Virus record (IMG/VR): IMGVR_UViG_3300017716_001697
Location: 160,001-224,000 of that record
Length of the DNA stretch: 64,000 bases
Source of the DNA: a virus
Lineage: Duplodnaviria > Caudoviricetes
Reading direction: 5' to 3' (one strand)
The notes beneath the pieces were generated by a model. The model was given only the letters and a program-made list of their open reading frames with translations, was not told the DNA's origin and searched no databases. Shown piece after piece: positions 19,381 through 29,025 of this stretch (positions are counted from its first letter, which is position 1; each line of letters starts with the position of its first letter). A program made the position numbers and the translations under genes.

Positions 19381-20573
19381 TTATCAACTAGTATTAATTG
19401 ATAGCTGCATGTTATGATGGTGTTGTTTGCATCTGCGAAGCAGCGTACATCGATATCCCCGCGTGCCGGAATAGCTAACGGCACGTTAAAATCATTCCTA
19501 TAATGACCGTTTACTACTTCGGCAACATGCACACCTACAAATGGTCCATTATACTGGCGTACATACATTCTTATCTGTGTACCTATATTACCTGACCCAC
19601 TGCGGAAACTAGTAGCATCGCCAAATAATATATAACCAGTCTTATTTCTAGGTATGGTATATTGACTTAATTTAGTCATTCCCATATTAGGTGCAATGTG
19701 TGCAACAACTGTTCCGCCTGCCGACGATATACGAAATAATATATCACCAATGTTGGCAACAGTGGTTACTGAACTAGTGATAACTCCCGAATATATTCTT
19801 ATCCAAGATTTAGTAGTTACTACGGTGCTAGTACCATTTAGTATGATTGTTTCTGATTGCATGTCGTAATTGGCATCTAAACCCTGTATGACAATATTTT
19901 GACTAATATCAGCGACATTATTACTTGCTATATATAACGGTGAAGCCACAGTCCATGCACCAAATGGATATAGTCCCCCTTCTACCCATATGCTTGTTTC
20001 TACATCCTGGTTTACATCGGGATTATAACCGTTTCGTGTAACGATTGCCTGTCCAGTTAGTATACCACGTGCTAGATTCATTTCATAGTCACTGTCTGCA
20101 ATTATTAAATCTGTTGTAGAACTTGCTACTGTCCACGGTCCGGATTGAGTTACTGCGAGTGTACCATTTACTGTTTGGGTGGCAGGAAAATTACTTACTG
20201 ATACCGCTCCACTAATGGGCTGTGTTGCTTGCCAGAATGTACCAGTGACTGCTTGGGTAGCAGGGAAATTGCTTATCGATAGTGCCCCATTTACTGTCTG
20301 TGTAGCAGGGAAATTGCTTATCGATACTGATCCACCGATAGGCATATATGGGACAGCCAATATTCCACTTGTACCTATCTCACTAACATGAGTATGTACA
20401 GGATTAGTAGGTGTGCTTTCAACTTGAACTACTGTGCCTACATTGACACTGCCCGTAATGGTAATGGCATCACTACCCAGATTGACACGTAATTCTGGCT
20501 CCCCTGTTGTTACATTAAATTGTAATGCACTATGTATATTATCGGGGCGGTTAAATGTAGGCGATGTTGCCAT
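19377..20573 (-). CDS. Probable virion/fibre-associated protein with SISNFPATQ repeats
   Basis: 398 aa, T/V/G/S-rich; three S(I/V)SNFPATQ(T/A)V repeats. Confidence 0.6.
   Translation of the reverse strand: MATSPTFNRPDNIHSALQFNVTTGEPELRVNLGSDAITITGSVNVGTVVQVESTPTNPVHTHVSEIGTSGILAVPYMPIGGSVSISNFPATQTVNGALSISNFPATQAVTGTFWQATQPISGAVSVSNFPATQTVNGTLAVTQSGPWTVASSTTDLIIADSDYEMNLARGILTGQAIVTRNGYNPDVNQDVETSIWVEGGLYPFGAWTVASPLYIASNNVADISQNIVIQGLDANYDMQSETIILNGTSTVVTTKSWIRIYSGVITSSVTTVANIGDILFRISSAGGTVVAHIAPNMGMTKLSQYTIPRNKTGYILFGDATSFRSGSGNIGTQIRMYVRQYNGPFVGVHVAEVVNGHYRNDFNVPLAIPARGDIDVRCFADANNTIITCSYQLILVDN
20257..20326. repeat. 25-nt direct repeat at 45-nt spacing inside ORF 19377-20573
   Basis: GTAGCAGGGAAATTGCTTATCGATA at 20257 and 20302. 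Confidence 0.9.
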
Positions 20574-20582
20574 GCTATTCTC

Positions 20583-20936
20583 CTAGAGTGTAAAACATTC
20601 CGGATGGGCCTTCCCGAAGCGTCTCATAATCACGCCAGCTATCGCATTGGCTTGATTTTCTGTCTCGGATCCGTCTGATCCATCCATTTCTTGATTTTCT
20701 AATCTTTGTTTCCAGTGCACAAGTTCGTGGGCAAGTGTTCTGTAGATATCCATTGGGTGCCTGCCTGCAGTTACTACCTGCAAGGAATCGCCTGCAAATT
20801 CACCAAAAGATGATCCGCCACCAACTGGCTCGCTAACAAACTCAATGGACGGTAATTCGTTGATGTCTAACTCGTCCTTGCACAGTTCAAGGAATCGTGA
20901 TGTCATATTTTCTAATAGTACTTCTTTTAATTTCAT
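20583..20936 (-). CDS. Zincin-like HExxH protein
   Basis: RTLAHELVHWKQ with downstream ENQAN; GATAAATA on - strand at 20942. Confidence 0.65.
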   Translation of the reverse strand: MKLKEVLLENMTSRFLELCKDELDINELPSIEFVSEPVGGGSSFGEFAGDSLQVVTAGRHPMDIYRTLAHELVHWKQRLENQEMDGSDGSETENQANAIAGVIMRRFGKAHPECFTL

Positions 20937-20962
20937 ACACGTATTTATCCTAAATTTGATTA

Positions 20963-20991
20963 TTGACTTGTATTTTGTAACATGCTATACT
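20963..20991 (+). promoter_or_regulatory. sigma70-type promoter
   Basis: TTGACT-N17-TATACT with TG. Confidence 0.75.
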
Positions 20992-20996
20992 ACAGC

Positions 20997-21221
20997 ATGA
21001 GTATATTCTTAGAGCAGGTTTCATTTTTTGGTGCAATAATAGGTTCTTTGTTGATAGCACTGAACTTGCCTATTAGTGGATGGGCATTCGTCCCATTTAT
21101 GTTATCCAATGTAGCATCTATAATTATTTTGAAGAGTACAGATGCACCAAAGGTAATAACATATCAGGCCTGGTGGTTTGTAGTGATTAACTGTGTCGGT
21201 ATATTTCGATGGCTGGTATAA
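20997..21221 (+). CDS. Small multi-pass membrane protein
   Basis: Three hydrophobic segments; ATG 20997. Confidence 0.6.
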   Translation: MSIFLEQVSFFGAIIGSLLIALNLPISGWAFVPFMLSNVASIIILKSTDAPKVITYQAWWFVVINCVGIFRWLV

Positions 21222-21228
21222 ATAACAT

Positions 21229-21579
21229 ATGGGATCGCTAAAAGCTGCTATATTTGACGAAGTCAGGGCGCATCACGAAAAGTCTGCGAACCATACTGAT
21301 GAGCAACTTAATCAGTTGATATTTCATCATGGTAGTGGTTTAAGATTAACATTCCCTGGCTTCTTAATTTTAAAGAATATATTTACTGTCTATAGCTTTG
21401 AGATGGACTGTGAATTAAAGGCTAGGCACCAAATTGGTATGTCCAAAATGGAATATCCATATTATATGACTTCGAAGCGTTTAATATTGTTTTCAGAAAT
21501 GGATTCAATGGTTATAAAATTGCACGGTGGCATAAAAGGATTCTTAGAGACATGTTTTAACATGGATAGAGATGAGTAA
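21229..21579 (+). CDS. Hypothetical protein
   Basis: 116 aa; TATAAATA at 21217. Confidence 0.7.
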   Translation: MGSLKAAIFDEVRAHHEKSANHTDEQLNQLIFHHGSGLRLTFPGFLILKNIFTVYSFEMDCELKARHQIGMSKMEYPYYMTSKRLILFSEMDSMVIKLHGGIKGFLETCFNMDRDE

Positions 21580-22027
21580 AGAAGACACACGCGACATTGA
21601 TAGATTTTACGAAGCACTTACGGAGAATAAACAATATGTTCATCACCGTGGCCCACCTACGCTATCGCGGTATGGGAAGACTGTACAATCTAACTGGTAC
21701 TGTGCCTATAGAAAGACTGGTCAGGATATTGAATACAGAAATGCCGAGGGTGAATTACACAGAATATATGGCCCTGCTTATATCGGTGTGGCGTACAAAT
21801 TTGAAGAATGGTACAAAGACGGCGAATATCATAGAGAAGGTGGCCCAGCAGTAACCACAACAGATGCGCAGTATTGGTTCTATGAAGGCAATTTTCATAG
21901 ACTAGATGGACCTGCGGTTGTTAAGAAAGGTCATCCTAAATTATTCTTCATCCACGGGCAGAAATTATCACCTAAAGAATACAAGAAAGAAATTGACCGC
22001 AGAAGGCGGCGTGGCTTAATTAAATGA
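21572..22027 (+). CDS. HRxxGPA-repeat (MORN-variant-like) protein
   Basis: GELHRIYGPA, GEYHREGGPA, GNFHRLDGPA. Confidence 0.75.
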   Translation: MSKEDTRDIDRFYEALTENKQYVHHRGPPTLSRYGKTVQSNWYCAYRKTGQDIEYRNAEGELHRIYGPAYIGVAYKFEEWYKDGEYHREGGPAVTTTDAQYWFYEGNFHRLDGPAVVKKGHPKLFFIHGQKLSPKEYKKEIDRRRRRGLIK

Positions 22028-22242
22028 TTAACGAAGAAATGACCGTGATGGGACTGAAATACAATGTTAGAAAGAATTTCCACGGGTATACGTACTTCAA
22101 GGACAGCGGCTGGAGAATGATTGCAATGTATGATGAATATGGTCAGCCTGTCCCGGAAGACCTGTGGAACAGCATAATGACAGCATCAATAATTGCATCT
22201 CAGTCAGCATATCAACAAAAGAAGAATGAAAAATTCACTTAA
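22024..22242 (+). CDS. Hypothetical protein
   Basis: 72 aa. Confidence 0.5.
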   Translation: MINEEMTVMGLKYNVRKNFHGYTYFKDSGWRMIAMYDEYGQPVPEDLWNSIMTASIIASQSAYQQKKNEKFT

Positions 22243-23158
22243 AACATTAGAACCAAATTTAGTTGGCAGAGATTTTGTCATAGGCGATCTTCACGGCTGC
22301 TTTTCTGCATTTAAAAATCTGACCAGGAACCTTAATTTTAATCCTGAGGTTGACCGCATTATTTCTGTAGGTGATTTAGTTGATAGAGGGCACGATAGTG
22401 TGAGTTGTTTATCGCTTATACGCGAGCCATGGTTTCATTCTGTGTTGGCCAATCACGAAATGATGATGCTTGACTGTTTCTTCGGTGATGGTTCCAATGG
22501 CGGCGATATGTGGTTTTCCAATGGCGGCGATTGGGCAATGGAGGCACACAATGATTACCAATCTACATATGTAACACGTAATGGCAGAATACCCACAGAC
22601 AAGAGCATGGAGATAATTGATCTACTACCGCTTGTGAATCAATTACCATATCTCATCACAGTTAATACTAAGTCTGGGAAAAAGTTTCATATCATCCATG
22701 CTGAATTTATGCCAACAGCAACAATAACTGATGAATTACTAACGGATCCTGCACAGGTTATAAAATTTGCAAACATGGTAGATATAGAGGGGCCGTGTAT
22801 ATTGTGGGCAAGGAAGATGTTTGACGCATTCAATTACGAAAATCTTCAAGAAACAAAGTGGATTAAACGTGTGGTAAAGCGGACACCACATCCGTATAAC
22901 GATAAACTATCACATATTATTTCGGGACACACTATATTGCAGCGGCCAATGACCATTTTGGGTCAAACCAATATAGATACAGCAGCAACAGATTCGTACT
23001 GGGGTCCTATAATCCCGTACGGTCGGAATCGTACAAAACCACGCAACTGGGCAGCATTAACATGTGTGGAACTCGATACATGGAAATTCTATCAGGCCAC
23101 AGAAACTACGTTTAAAGAAGTGGAACCACTTGTAATTAACGAAGAAGATATAGTATGA
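22226..23158 (+). CDS. Calcineurin-like metallophosphoesterase (lambda PP/PphA-like)
   Basis: GDLHG, GDLVDRG, ANHE, HA, GHT, NIDT motifs. Confidence 0.9.
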   Translation: MKNSLKTLEPNLVGRDFVIGDLHGCFSAFKNLTRNLNFNPEVDRIISVGDLVDRGHDSVSCLSLIREPWFHSVLANHEMMMLDCFFGDGSNGGDMWFSNGGDWAMEAHNDYQSTYVTRNGRIPTDKSMEIIDLLPLVNQLPYLITVNTKSGKKFHIIHAEFMPTATITDELLTDPAQVIKFANMVDIEGPCILWARKMFDAFNYENLQETKWIKRVVKRTPHPYNDKLSHIISGHTILQRPMTILGQTNIDTAATDSYWGPIIPYGRNRTKPRNWAALTCVELDTWKFYQATETTFKEVEPLVINEEDIV

Positions 23159-23370
23159 CGGAATCCATGGTGACCGATTATGTTCATATAGGTTTTACAG
23201 GTACCTTGTATCATCCTCTATATCTGCGTACTCCTGGTGCGTGGGTTCTTGCCAACGCAGAAGATCCCGAAATACACCTCTCCGGTTTCTATACCACTGA
23301 CCAGATGGCAAGAATATGTAAAATTGATGACGAAGAGCTTGTTTTCATTAAGTTAAAATATAGCTGCTAA
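23155..23370 (+). CDS. Hypothetical protein, weak FKLRW-like C-terminus
   Basis: Ends IDDEELVFIKLKYSC. Confidence 0.5.
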   Translation: MTESMVTDYVHIGFTGTLYHPLYLRTPGAWVLANAEDPEIHLSGFYTTDQMARICKIDDEELVFIKLKYSC

Positions 23371-23374
23371 CCTG

Positions 23375-23402
23375 TTGACTGTATCCCTGCACCTGTTATA
23401 AT
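23375..23402 (+). promoter_or_regulatory. sigma70-type promoter
   Basis: TTGACT-N16-TATAAT with TG. Confidence 0.7.
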
Positions 23403-23419
23403 ACAGTATAGGAGCATAT

Positions 23420-23626
23420 ATGCAAGTAGATAAAGTCCGTGGTGTGCAGGTTGCCGAAGTAACTCCTGTGCATGTCATTCATAAATTAGCAACAAACGAT
23501 CCACGCGATGAATGGAAGAAGGCGCTGAGTCTCCCCGTCATTCATCCAAAGATTGTACACGACGATTTCTACGGACCAAACGGCAAATTAATTCGTACCT
23601 CATCTTCATTTAGCGTAACTGTATAG
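23420..23626 (+). CDS. Hypothetical protein
   Basis: 68 aa, AGGAG RBS. Confidence 0.6.
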   Translation: MQVDKVRGVQVAEVTPVHVIHKLATNDPRDEWKKALSLPVIHPKIVHDDFYGPNGKLIRTSSSFSVTV

Positions 23627-23633
23627 GAATATC

Positions 23634-24596
23634 ATGATCTGGGAAAATGTAAAGGTAGTGCAGAGCACTGATGAAAATGTAAAGAAGTTTATCTTTACGA
23701 ATGAACTTAATGACAAAGGCGTCGCAGAAGCGGTGCTGTACAAGTATCCTACATATGCAGACCGCACTGTAATTTGTTGCAGCACACAATCCGGCTGTCC
23801 TGTCGGATGTCGTTTCTGCGGCACCGGCAACTTTTTCATCCGCTCACTGACAGCAGATGAAATTGTAGACCAAGTTAAAACATTAATGGATACAACTGGT
23901 GTCAAATCCGAAGATATGGGTCGCCTGCAAATCATGTTCATGAGCATGGGTGAACCACTGTTGAATAAACAAGGGCTCGTAGGGGCACTGCGCCAACTGC
24001 ATGCCTTGTACCCAACCGCGGCATTGTTAATTAGTACATCAGCACCAGATGTCGACTATTCATGGGTACGTCGTATTTCGGCAGAGATTCCTACAGTCGG
24101 ATTACAATTCAGTGTTCACGAGAGCACAGATGCCGCTCGTGACGAACTGGTCCCATTCAAGGCTAAACTCAATCTTGAGCAAATTGCTGAAGAAGGTGAT
24201 TTGTGGTATGGCGCAACCGGTCGTCAACCATTCTTCAATTACTGCGCACACGACAAAAATACATCCGACGAAGATGCACTGCGTTTAGTTGAATTGTTTG
24301 ACCCAAAGATTTGGCAAGCAACAGTTTCTGTTATCTGTGAGCAGGACGAATCCGTTGCCGCAGCAAATCAGCGCCAACGAGAACTTGCCAACACATTCAT
24401 GGGAAAATTGTTGAATCATGGATTCTCAGTTCGTTGTTTTGACCCGGCAGGGCAAGATGACATTGGTGGTGGTTGCGGACAACTGTGGTATGTGCAAGAC
24501 TACGCTAAAAATCACCCGGAAATCACTAAGAAATCGTGTGGCTCGGGTAAGAATAAGGTGCATGCACCACGTGTTATCGAGATTGTACCGGTGTAG
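23634..24596 (+). CDS. RlmN/Cfr-family radical SAM RNA methyltransferase
   Basis: CCSTQSGCPVGCRFCGTG, FMSMGEP, FSVH, C-terminal DIGGGCGQL. Confidence 0.88.
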   Translation: MIWENVKVVQSTDENVKKFIFTNELNDKGVAEAVLYKYPTYADRTVICCSTQSGCPVGCRFCGTGNFFIRSLTADEIVDQVKTLMDTTGVKSEDMGRLQIMFMSMGEPLLNKQGLVGALRQLHALYPTAALLISTSAPDVDYSWVRRISAEIPTVGLQFSVHESTDAARDELVPFKAKLNLEQIAEEGDLWYGATGRQPFFNYCAHDKNTSDEDALRLVELFDPKIWQATVSVICEQDESVAAANQRQRELANTFMGKLLNHGFSVRCFDPAGQDDIGGGCGQLWYVQDYAKNHPEITKKSCGSGKNKVHAPRVIEIVPV

Positions 24597-24597
24597 C

Positions 24598-24855
24598 ATG
24601 ACATATTATGTCTATATAGTTAAAGCGACACGCAAACCGTATCTGGTAAAGGAGGTTAATCCAGCGGATAACCCACATGCAGAAGCAGATAAAGTATATG
24701 CATCGTATAAGCTAATGTATGATGCAGGTATGGCAGTACCCGGTGTATCCGTTCAACTCATTACAGATGAGCATATCGAGCGTGTTAAGAATATAACAGT
24801 GGGTGGATTTGAAATTCACGGTATTAAAGTTATATACCAATGTGGAGGATGGTAA
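24598..24855 (+). CDS. Hypothetical protein
   Basis: ATG 24598. Confidence 0.5.
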   Translation: MTYYVYIVKATRKPYLVKEVNPADNPHAEADKVYASYKLMYDAGMAVPGVSVQLITDEHIERVKNITVGGFEIHGIKVIYQCGGW

Positions 24856-24856
24856 C

Positions 24857-25198
24857 ATGACAATAGGCTATCAATCAATTCTACGCATTCGCAGAGTAGA
24901 AGAGCATGCAAATAAATTAGGATTTAGATTCGCATATTGCAGACACGGATCCAGGGAAAATGATGTGATTGCATTGTATCCCAAGGATGATGCAATGCCA
25001 GATTACCACCGAGATGCCGAATTGTTTATAGGCGATTTAGATAACGTGGAATCATTTTTGCGCGGTATGGATTTTACGACAAATTATTATAAGATACTTC
25101 GCGTAGTGTCTGATAAGAAAGTAACACATGCGGAAAATTTAACACGGCAGCGACAGTTAATCGATAAGCTAAAAGGCGAAGAACCTAAGGTAATATGA
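24857..25198 (+). CDS. Hypothetical protein
   Basis: ATG 24857 after GGAGG. Confidence 0.65.
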   Translation: MTIGYQSILRIRRVEEHANKLGFRFAYCRHGSRENDVIALYPKDDAMPDYHRDAELFIGDLDNVESFLRGMDFTTNYYKILRVVSDKKVTHAENLTRQRQLIDKLKGEEPKVI

Positions 25199-25647
25199 AG
25201 ACTATTTTCTATAAGAAGGATGGTAGGAAATATATTCCTGTCTCTGAATACGACTCCAAGTTTCCTGACAGCTATAGATACGGAAGCTATCTTGTATCAT
25301 CTTCTCCAAATTCATTATCACGTCGCCAGGTTGACCCGGCGTTTGTATTAATGTATGCTGCGACATATTATAGCGAAGATGCAATTGCTAAGGTATTGCG
25401 TGATGCATCAGCTGTAAGACCGAACCGTGCTCCTTTGACACAAGAACAATTAGATGCGTGGAATGCACTAAATGCAGCATTCGGCGAAGATGCCCAAGCT
25501 CTAACATGGCCTGCCGCATATGATGCCGTACGTGCAGCAGGTGACGAAATGGTTAAACAGGCCACTGAAATGTTAGAAAATCCGGCAGTTAAGAATGCGT
25601 ACGACGAATTTATGTTAATATGTAAACTAGTAAAGGAAACAAAATGA
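25195..25647 (+). CDS. Hypothetical protein
   Basis: 150 aa. Confidence 0.65.
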   Translation: MKTIFYKKDGRKYIPVSEYDSKFPDSYRYGSYLVSSSPNSLSRRQVDPAFVLMYAATYYSEDAIAKVLRDASAVRPNRAPLTQEQLDAWNALNAAFGEDAQALTWPAAYDAVRAAGDEMVKQATEMLENPAVKNAYDEFMLICKLVKETK

Positions 25648-25832
25648 TTACAGCAGAAATTAAAATGGGTAAAGAGCACTCGACCCAAGTTCACGGCAAG
25701 ACAATCAATGAAGTACTGAAGAAAATTCAGGAGTTTCATACCATGTCTGAATTTGAACGTGAGCATTACGACAAGAAGGGCTCACTGGCAAAACAGTTGC
25801 GCACCGGTTGGTATTACAAGGAAACAAAATGA
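25644..25832 (+). CDS. Hypothetical protein
   Basis: 62 aa, ATGA-coupled. Confidence 0.55.
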   Translation: MITAEIKMGKEHSTQVHGKTINEVLKKIQEFHTMSEFEREHYDKKGSLAKQLRTGWYYKETK

Positions 25833-26350
25833 CAATTACAGTTAAAGACTTCATGGAATGCACTCAGCATAGAATTTCTGAGACAGCAAAATATATGTGG
25901 GCATGCTACGGCAACCACGCACAACACATGGATTATTGGAATGGTAAGCATGATGAAACAGGCTTCAGTATCAGCATCGTGTATGATACTGTTACTCAGG
26001 TAGTCTACGAAATGGAAGCATGGGACTACCGGCACGAACGTGAATATCGTTGGATCAATCCTGATTATGCTAAGTTGGCAAAGAAAGAAGCCAAGTCCCG
26101 CGTAGTTAAGTATAAACAATCAGCAGATGGTCGCAAATACATTGATCTCGATGTTGCAGGTGATATGCTTAAGAAAGCAACAGCTATTGTTTTGGGCGAA
26201 GAATACGACGACCGTGTGGAAGTTGAGCTCGATCTCGAAGAAGCCCTGTTATTCGAAATGATGAAAATGGCTCACACCAAGGACATGACTCTCAATCAAT
26301 TTGTTGAGTATATTCTTGTACAGGCAATTGCACAACACAAAGTCGATTGA
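25829..26350 (+). CDS. Hypothetical protein, possible C-terminal ribbon-helix-helix
   Basis: ATG 25829; ends MAHTKDMTLNQFVEYIL. Confidence 0.65.
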   Translation: MTITVKDFMECTQHRISETAKYMWACYGNHAQHMDYWNGKHDETGFSISIVYDTVTQVVYEMEAWDYRHEREYRWINPDYAKLAKKEAKSRVVKYKQSADGRKYIDLDVAGDMLKKATAIVLGEEYDDRVEVELDLEEALLFEMMKMAHTKDMTLNQFVEYILVQAIAQHKVD

Positions 26351-26375
26351 TCTATATAGGATTATATAGTATAAT
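26347..26375 (+). promoter_or_regulatory. sigma70-type promoter
   Basis: TTGATC-N17-TATAAT. Confidence 0.6.
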
Positions 26376-26380
26376 AAGTT

Positions 26381-27022
26381 ATGGACAACATACATAACTT
26401 CACAAATCGCACCATGTGCGAGTATGCCAGCATATTTCCTACTGTTGCCTCTGTATTAGACCATCAGTTGTTTACAATAGGTAACGGTTTCGAAATGCAT
26501 GCAGGAATGCCGAAAGAATCTGACGCCATCCACACAATTGACCGTAATGCCGTTATGGATGATAAGGCATGGGGTGAATTGCTAAATCATTGTAAGGAAA
26601 AAGAGCGTAAATGGCAACAGCAGAGCGGCATCGAAAATAATGCCGCTCTGCAAGAGAAATGCAAGAAGTATCGCAGAATCGATGTCGCTGATGCAGACTT
26701 TTCTGAAGCCTCATTGTATAACGATTTACTAAACATGAAGGCAACGTCGAATGAAACATTTGGTGAGGATTGTTTCTTTGTAAGGCCTTATCCCCTAAGT
26801 ATTCAATACAGTAAGATTTATAAGCTCGATAAAGTCACACCACAGTGGTTTATACAGATTGCAATTAATGTGTGTAATGCATGGATTCGATTTTTGTCTG
26901 AATCCATTGATATAGGATATGTTAGCAGTGAACCGGGGTGGGAAGACAAAGAGCATACTGCTAAACATCGCGATATGCTCATTGAGCAGGTTAAGCATTT
27001 ACGCGGAATACATGCTACGTAA
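26381..27022 (+). CDS. Hypothetical protein
   Basis: 213 aa. Confidence 0.65.
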   Translation: MDNIHNFTNRTMCEYASIFPTVASVLDHQLFTIGNGFEMHAGMPKESDAIHTIDRNAVMDDKAWGELLNHCKEKERKWQQQSGIENNAALQEKCKKYRRIDVADADFSEASLYNDLLNMKATSNETFGEDCFFVRPYPLSIQYSKIYKLDKVTPQWFIQIAINVCNAWIRFLSESIDIGYVSSEPGWEDKEHTAKHRDMLIEQVKHLRGIHAT

Positions 27023-27072
27023 TGTGGCATGTCATAAATAGTATTACATTATTATACTCACGGAGACCACAC

Positions 27073-27807
27073 ATGAAAACAGTATCCATTCTTCTAGCAT
27101 CATTGCTAGTATTAGCAGGCTGTGCTAATACCGAATATTCACAATATGTCGAAGCACAGTCGAAAATTGAAGCACAGATTGCAACAGTTAAATCGAACGA
27201 AGCAGTAGCAAGATACAATGCCGAGGCGGCAAAATACAAGGCAATGGCTGATATCGCAGCATCGGGCACCGAAAGTGCAAAAGTTGCCGCAGTAATGGCA
27301 TTGGCGCTAGGTGGCCAACAAAATTCGGCACCAGTGACTGCACCACGTACACAATTGCAAGCACCACCACCAAACCAAGCCTTGGCCTGGGCTAGCGTAT
27401 TAGTACCTAGTACCGTTCAATTGTTTGGTATAGCAGCTAATGCTCGTGTCGCTATGTCGCAGAGCGACAATGCTAGAGATGTTGCATTATCCACTAACAA
27501 TACATTCGCAGGGATGGGCAATAGTATCCAAGCTGCAGGCACTGCAGGGTTAACATCTACAGAGAATGTGGCAATCGCCGGTTTAACATCTAATCAAACA
27601 ATCGCTAATTATGGGTTGACGGCAACGCAGAACACGGCTACAGCCGGCTTGACAGCAACGCAGAATACGGCAACAGCTGGTTTGGCTGCAACACAGGCAG
27701 TAGCAACAACTGGAATGTCATCGTTAGTGACTGTGGCTAATGCACCACCTCAAACTGCTAAGATTTGCTCTGTTAATCCAGTCACAAGTGTAATGACTTG
27801 TAATTAA
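27073..27807 (+). CDS. Lipoprotein with 11-aa tandem repeats
   Basis: GGAG RBS; lipobox LAGC; repeats GLTSTENVAIA/GLTSNQTIANY/GLTATQNTATA x2/GLAATQAVATT. Confidence 0.75.
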   Translation: MKTVSILLASLLVLAGCANTEYSQYVEAQSKIEAQIATVKSNEAVARYNAEAAKYKAMADIAASGTESAKVAAVMALALGGQQNSAPVTAPRTQLQAPPPNQALAWASVLVPSTVQLFGIAANARVAMSQSDNARDVALSTNNTFAGMGNSIQAAGTAGLTSTENVAIAGLTSNQTIANYGLTATQNTATAGLTATQNTATAGLAATQAVATTGMSSLVTVANAPPQTAKICSVNPVTSVMTCN

Positions 27808-27820
27808 GCACCACAATATC

Positions 27821-27847
27821 AAAAAACCCCGCGTGTCGGGGTTTTTT
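27821..27847. terminator. Intrinsic terminator (bidirectional form)
   Basis: AAAAAACCCCG-CGTGT-CGGGGTTTTTT. Confidence 0.85.
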
Positions 27848-27848
27848 G

Positions 27849-27877
27849 TTGACTTTTTAATCAGGATATGTTATAAT
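27849..27877 (+). promoter_or_regulatory. sigma70-type promoter
   Basis: TTGACT-N17-TATAAT with TG. Confidence 0.8.
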
Positions 27878-27897
27878 ATAGTAAGAAAGTAACTAAT

Positions 27898-28197
27898 ATG
27901 CCTAAATTGGAAATTCTTACTGTTGCAGAAAATAGATACAACTCTGACGAATATGCTGCTAAATGGGATGGCAGTGATAGTAAGTGGCGACCTCAATCTC
28001 TACAAGTAAGTATAGGTAAGGATCGCACTTTAAAATTGACGCCCGGAAATCACAGCATGAGTCAGATCAGGATTGAGCGATTTGATATTGATTCAATTGA
28101 TTCGCTAATAGAATATCTGCAAGAAGCTAAGGTATTTCTAAGAGAGCAGGATTTGGTAGATATGTTGACACACGGTAAACGAACTAGGGCATGGTAA
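27898..28197 (+). CDS. Hypothetical protein
   Basis: 99 aa. Confidence 0.6.
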   Translation: MPKLEILTVAENRYNSDEYAAKWDGSDSKWRPQSLQVSIGKDRTLKLTPGNHSMSQIRIERFDIDSIDSLIEYLQEAKVFLREQDLVDMLTHGKRTRAW

Positions 28198-28421
28198 TGG
28201 CAGTACACTTTGATTTTATCGTCGACGATGTTGATGCCGAAAATATCTTCTTCTCTATCCGTAATGATGCACTCCGTAATGATGAACGCATTATGGATCT
28301 CATGACTCAGAAAGATATATCAGATGATTATCGTGCGGCAATGATCGCCGCATGTGAGCGAAGTAAAGAATACACCCTGAGTCTTCTGGAATTAATGAAG
28401 AACACACAAGTGAAGGAATAA
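28191..28421 (+). CDS. Hypothetical protein
   Basis: 76 aa. Confidence 0.55.
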   Translation: MVMAVHFDFIVDDVDAENIFFSIRNDALRNDERIMDLMTQKDISDDYRAAMIAACERSKEYTLSLLELMKNTQVKE

Positions 28422-28423
28422 AA

Positions 28424-28735
28424 ATGGCAGTAAATCGTGAACGTAAAATGGTTCCTAAAGAAGTTTCTACCTTAGATGTAAGCTATACTAATTTGGGATC
28501 ACTACTGAAAGAAGTATCGGAACTGATTGAAGAATATGGCAAAGATGCCGCTGTCAACAAGCAGACGTATCAATATGACGATGGGGAGTATATTGCAGTG
28601 ACTATTATGGTGCCAGAGACTGACACGCAATATGCTGCACGGTTGGCATATGAAGAGAAGTGGGCAAAAGAAGCCGAAGATCGTGACACAGCAGAGTTTA
28701 AACGGTTGCAAGCAAAATTCGGAGCAGCAAGGTGA
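28424..28735 (+). CDS. Hypothetical protein
   Basis: 103 aa, AAGGA RBS. Confidence 0.65.
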   Translation: MAVNRERKMVPKEVSTLDVSYTNLGSLLKEVSELIEEYGKDAAVNKQTYQYDDGEYIAVTIMVPETDTQYAARLAYEEKWAKEAEDRDTAEFKRLQAKFGAAR

Positions 28736-29025
28736 ACGAAGAACGAATTAGGGCTATTGCTAATGCAGCATCGGAGCATGCAGAAAGCACGGTATCGTAT
28801 TACAACGATACTGACGATGGATTAGATTATCCTGCTAAAATGCTTAAGGTAAGAGACTTGAAGTTTGCAGAATTGCTGGTGCGTGAATGCACTGAAGTTA
28901 TTCAACGAGAAGTTAGCTTGAAATATAAAGACGGAGTAGGCGAGACAGAAGAATTTATGGGCGGGCATTATGCAGGTTCTGTGTTGTCACGCGTCAAAAT
29001 CAAAACACATTTTGGAGTTGAATGA
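28732..29025 (+). CDS. MNERI/KFAEL/HFG family small protein
   Basis: NEERIRAIA...KFAELLVREC...IKTHFGVE. Confidence 0.75.
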   Translation: MNEERIRAIANAASEHAESTVSYYNDTDDGLDYPAKMLKVRDLKFAELLVRECTEVIQREVSLKYKDGVGETEEFMGGHYAGSVLSRVKIKTHFGVE

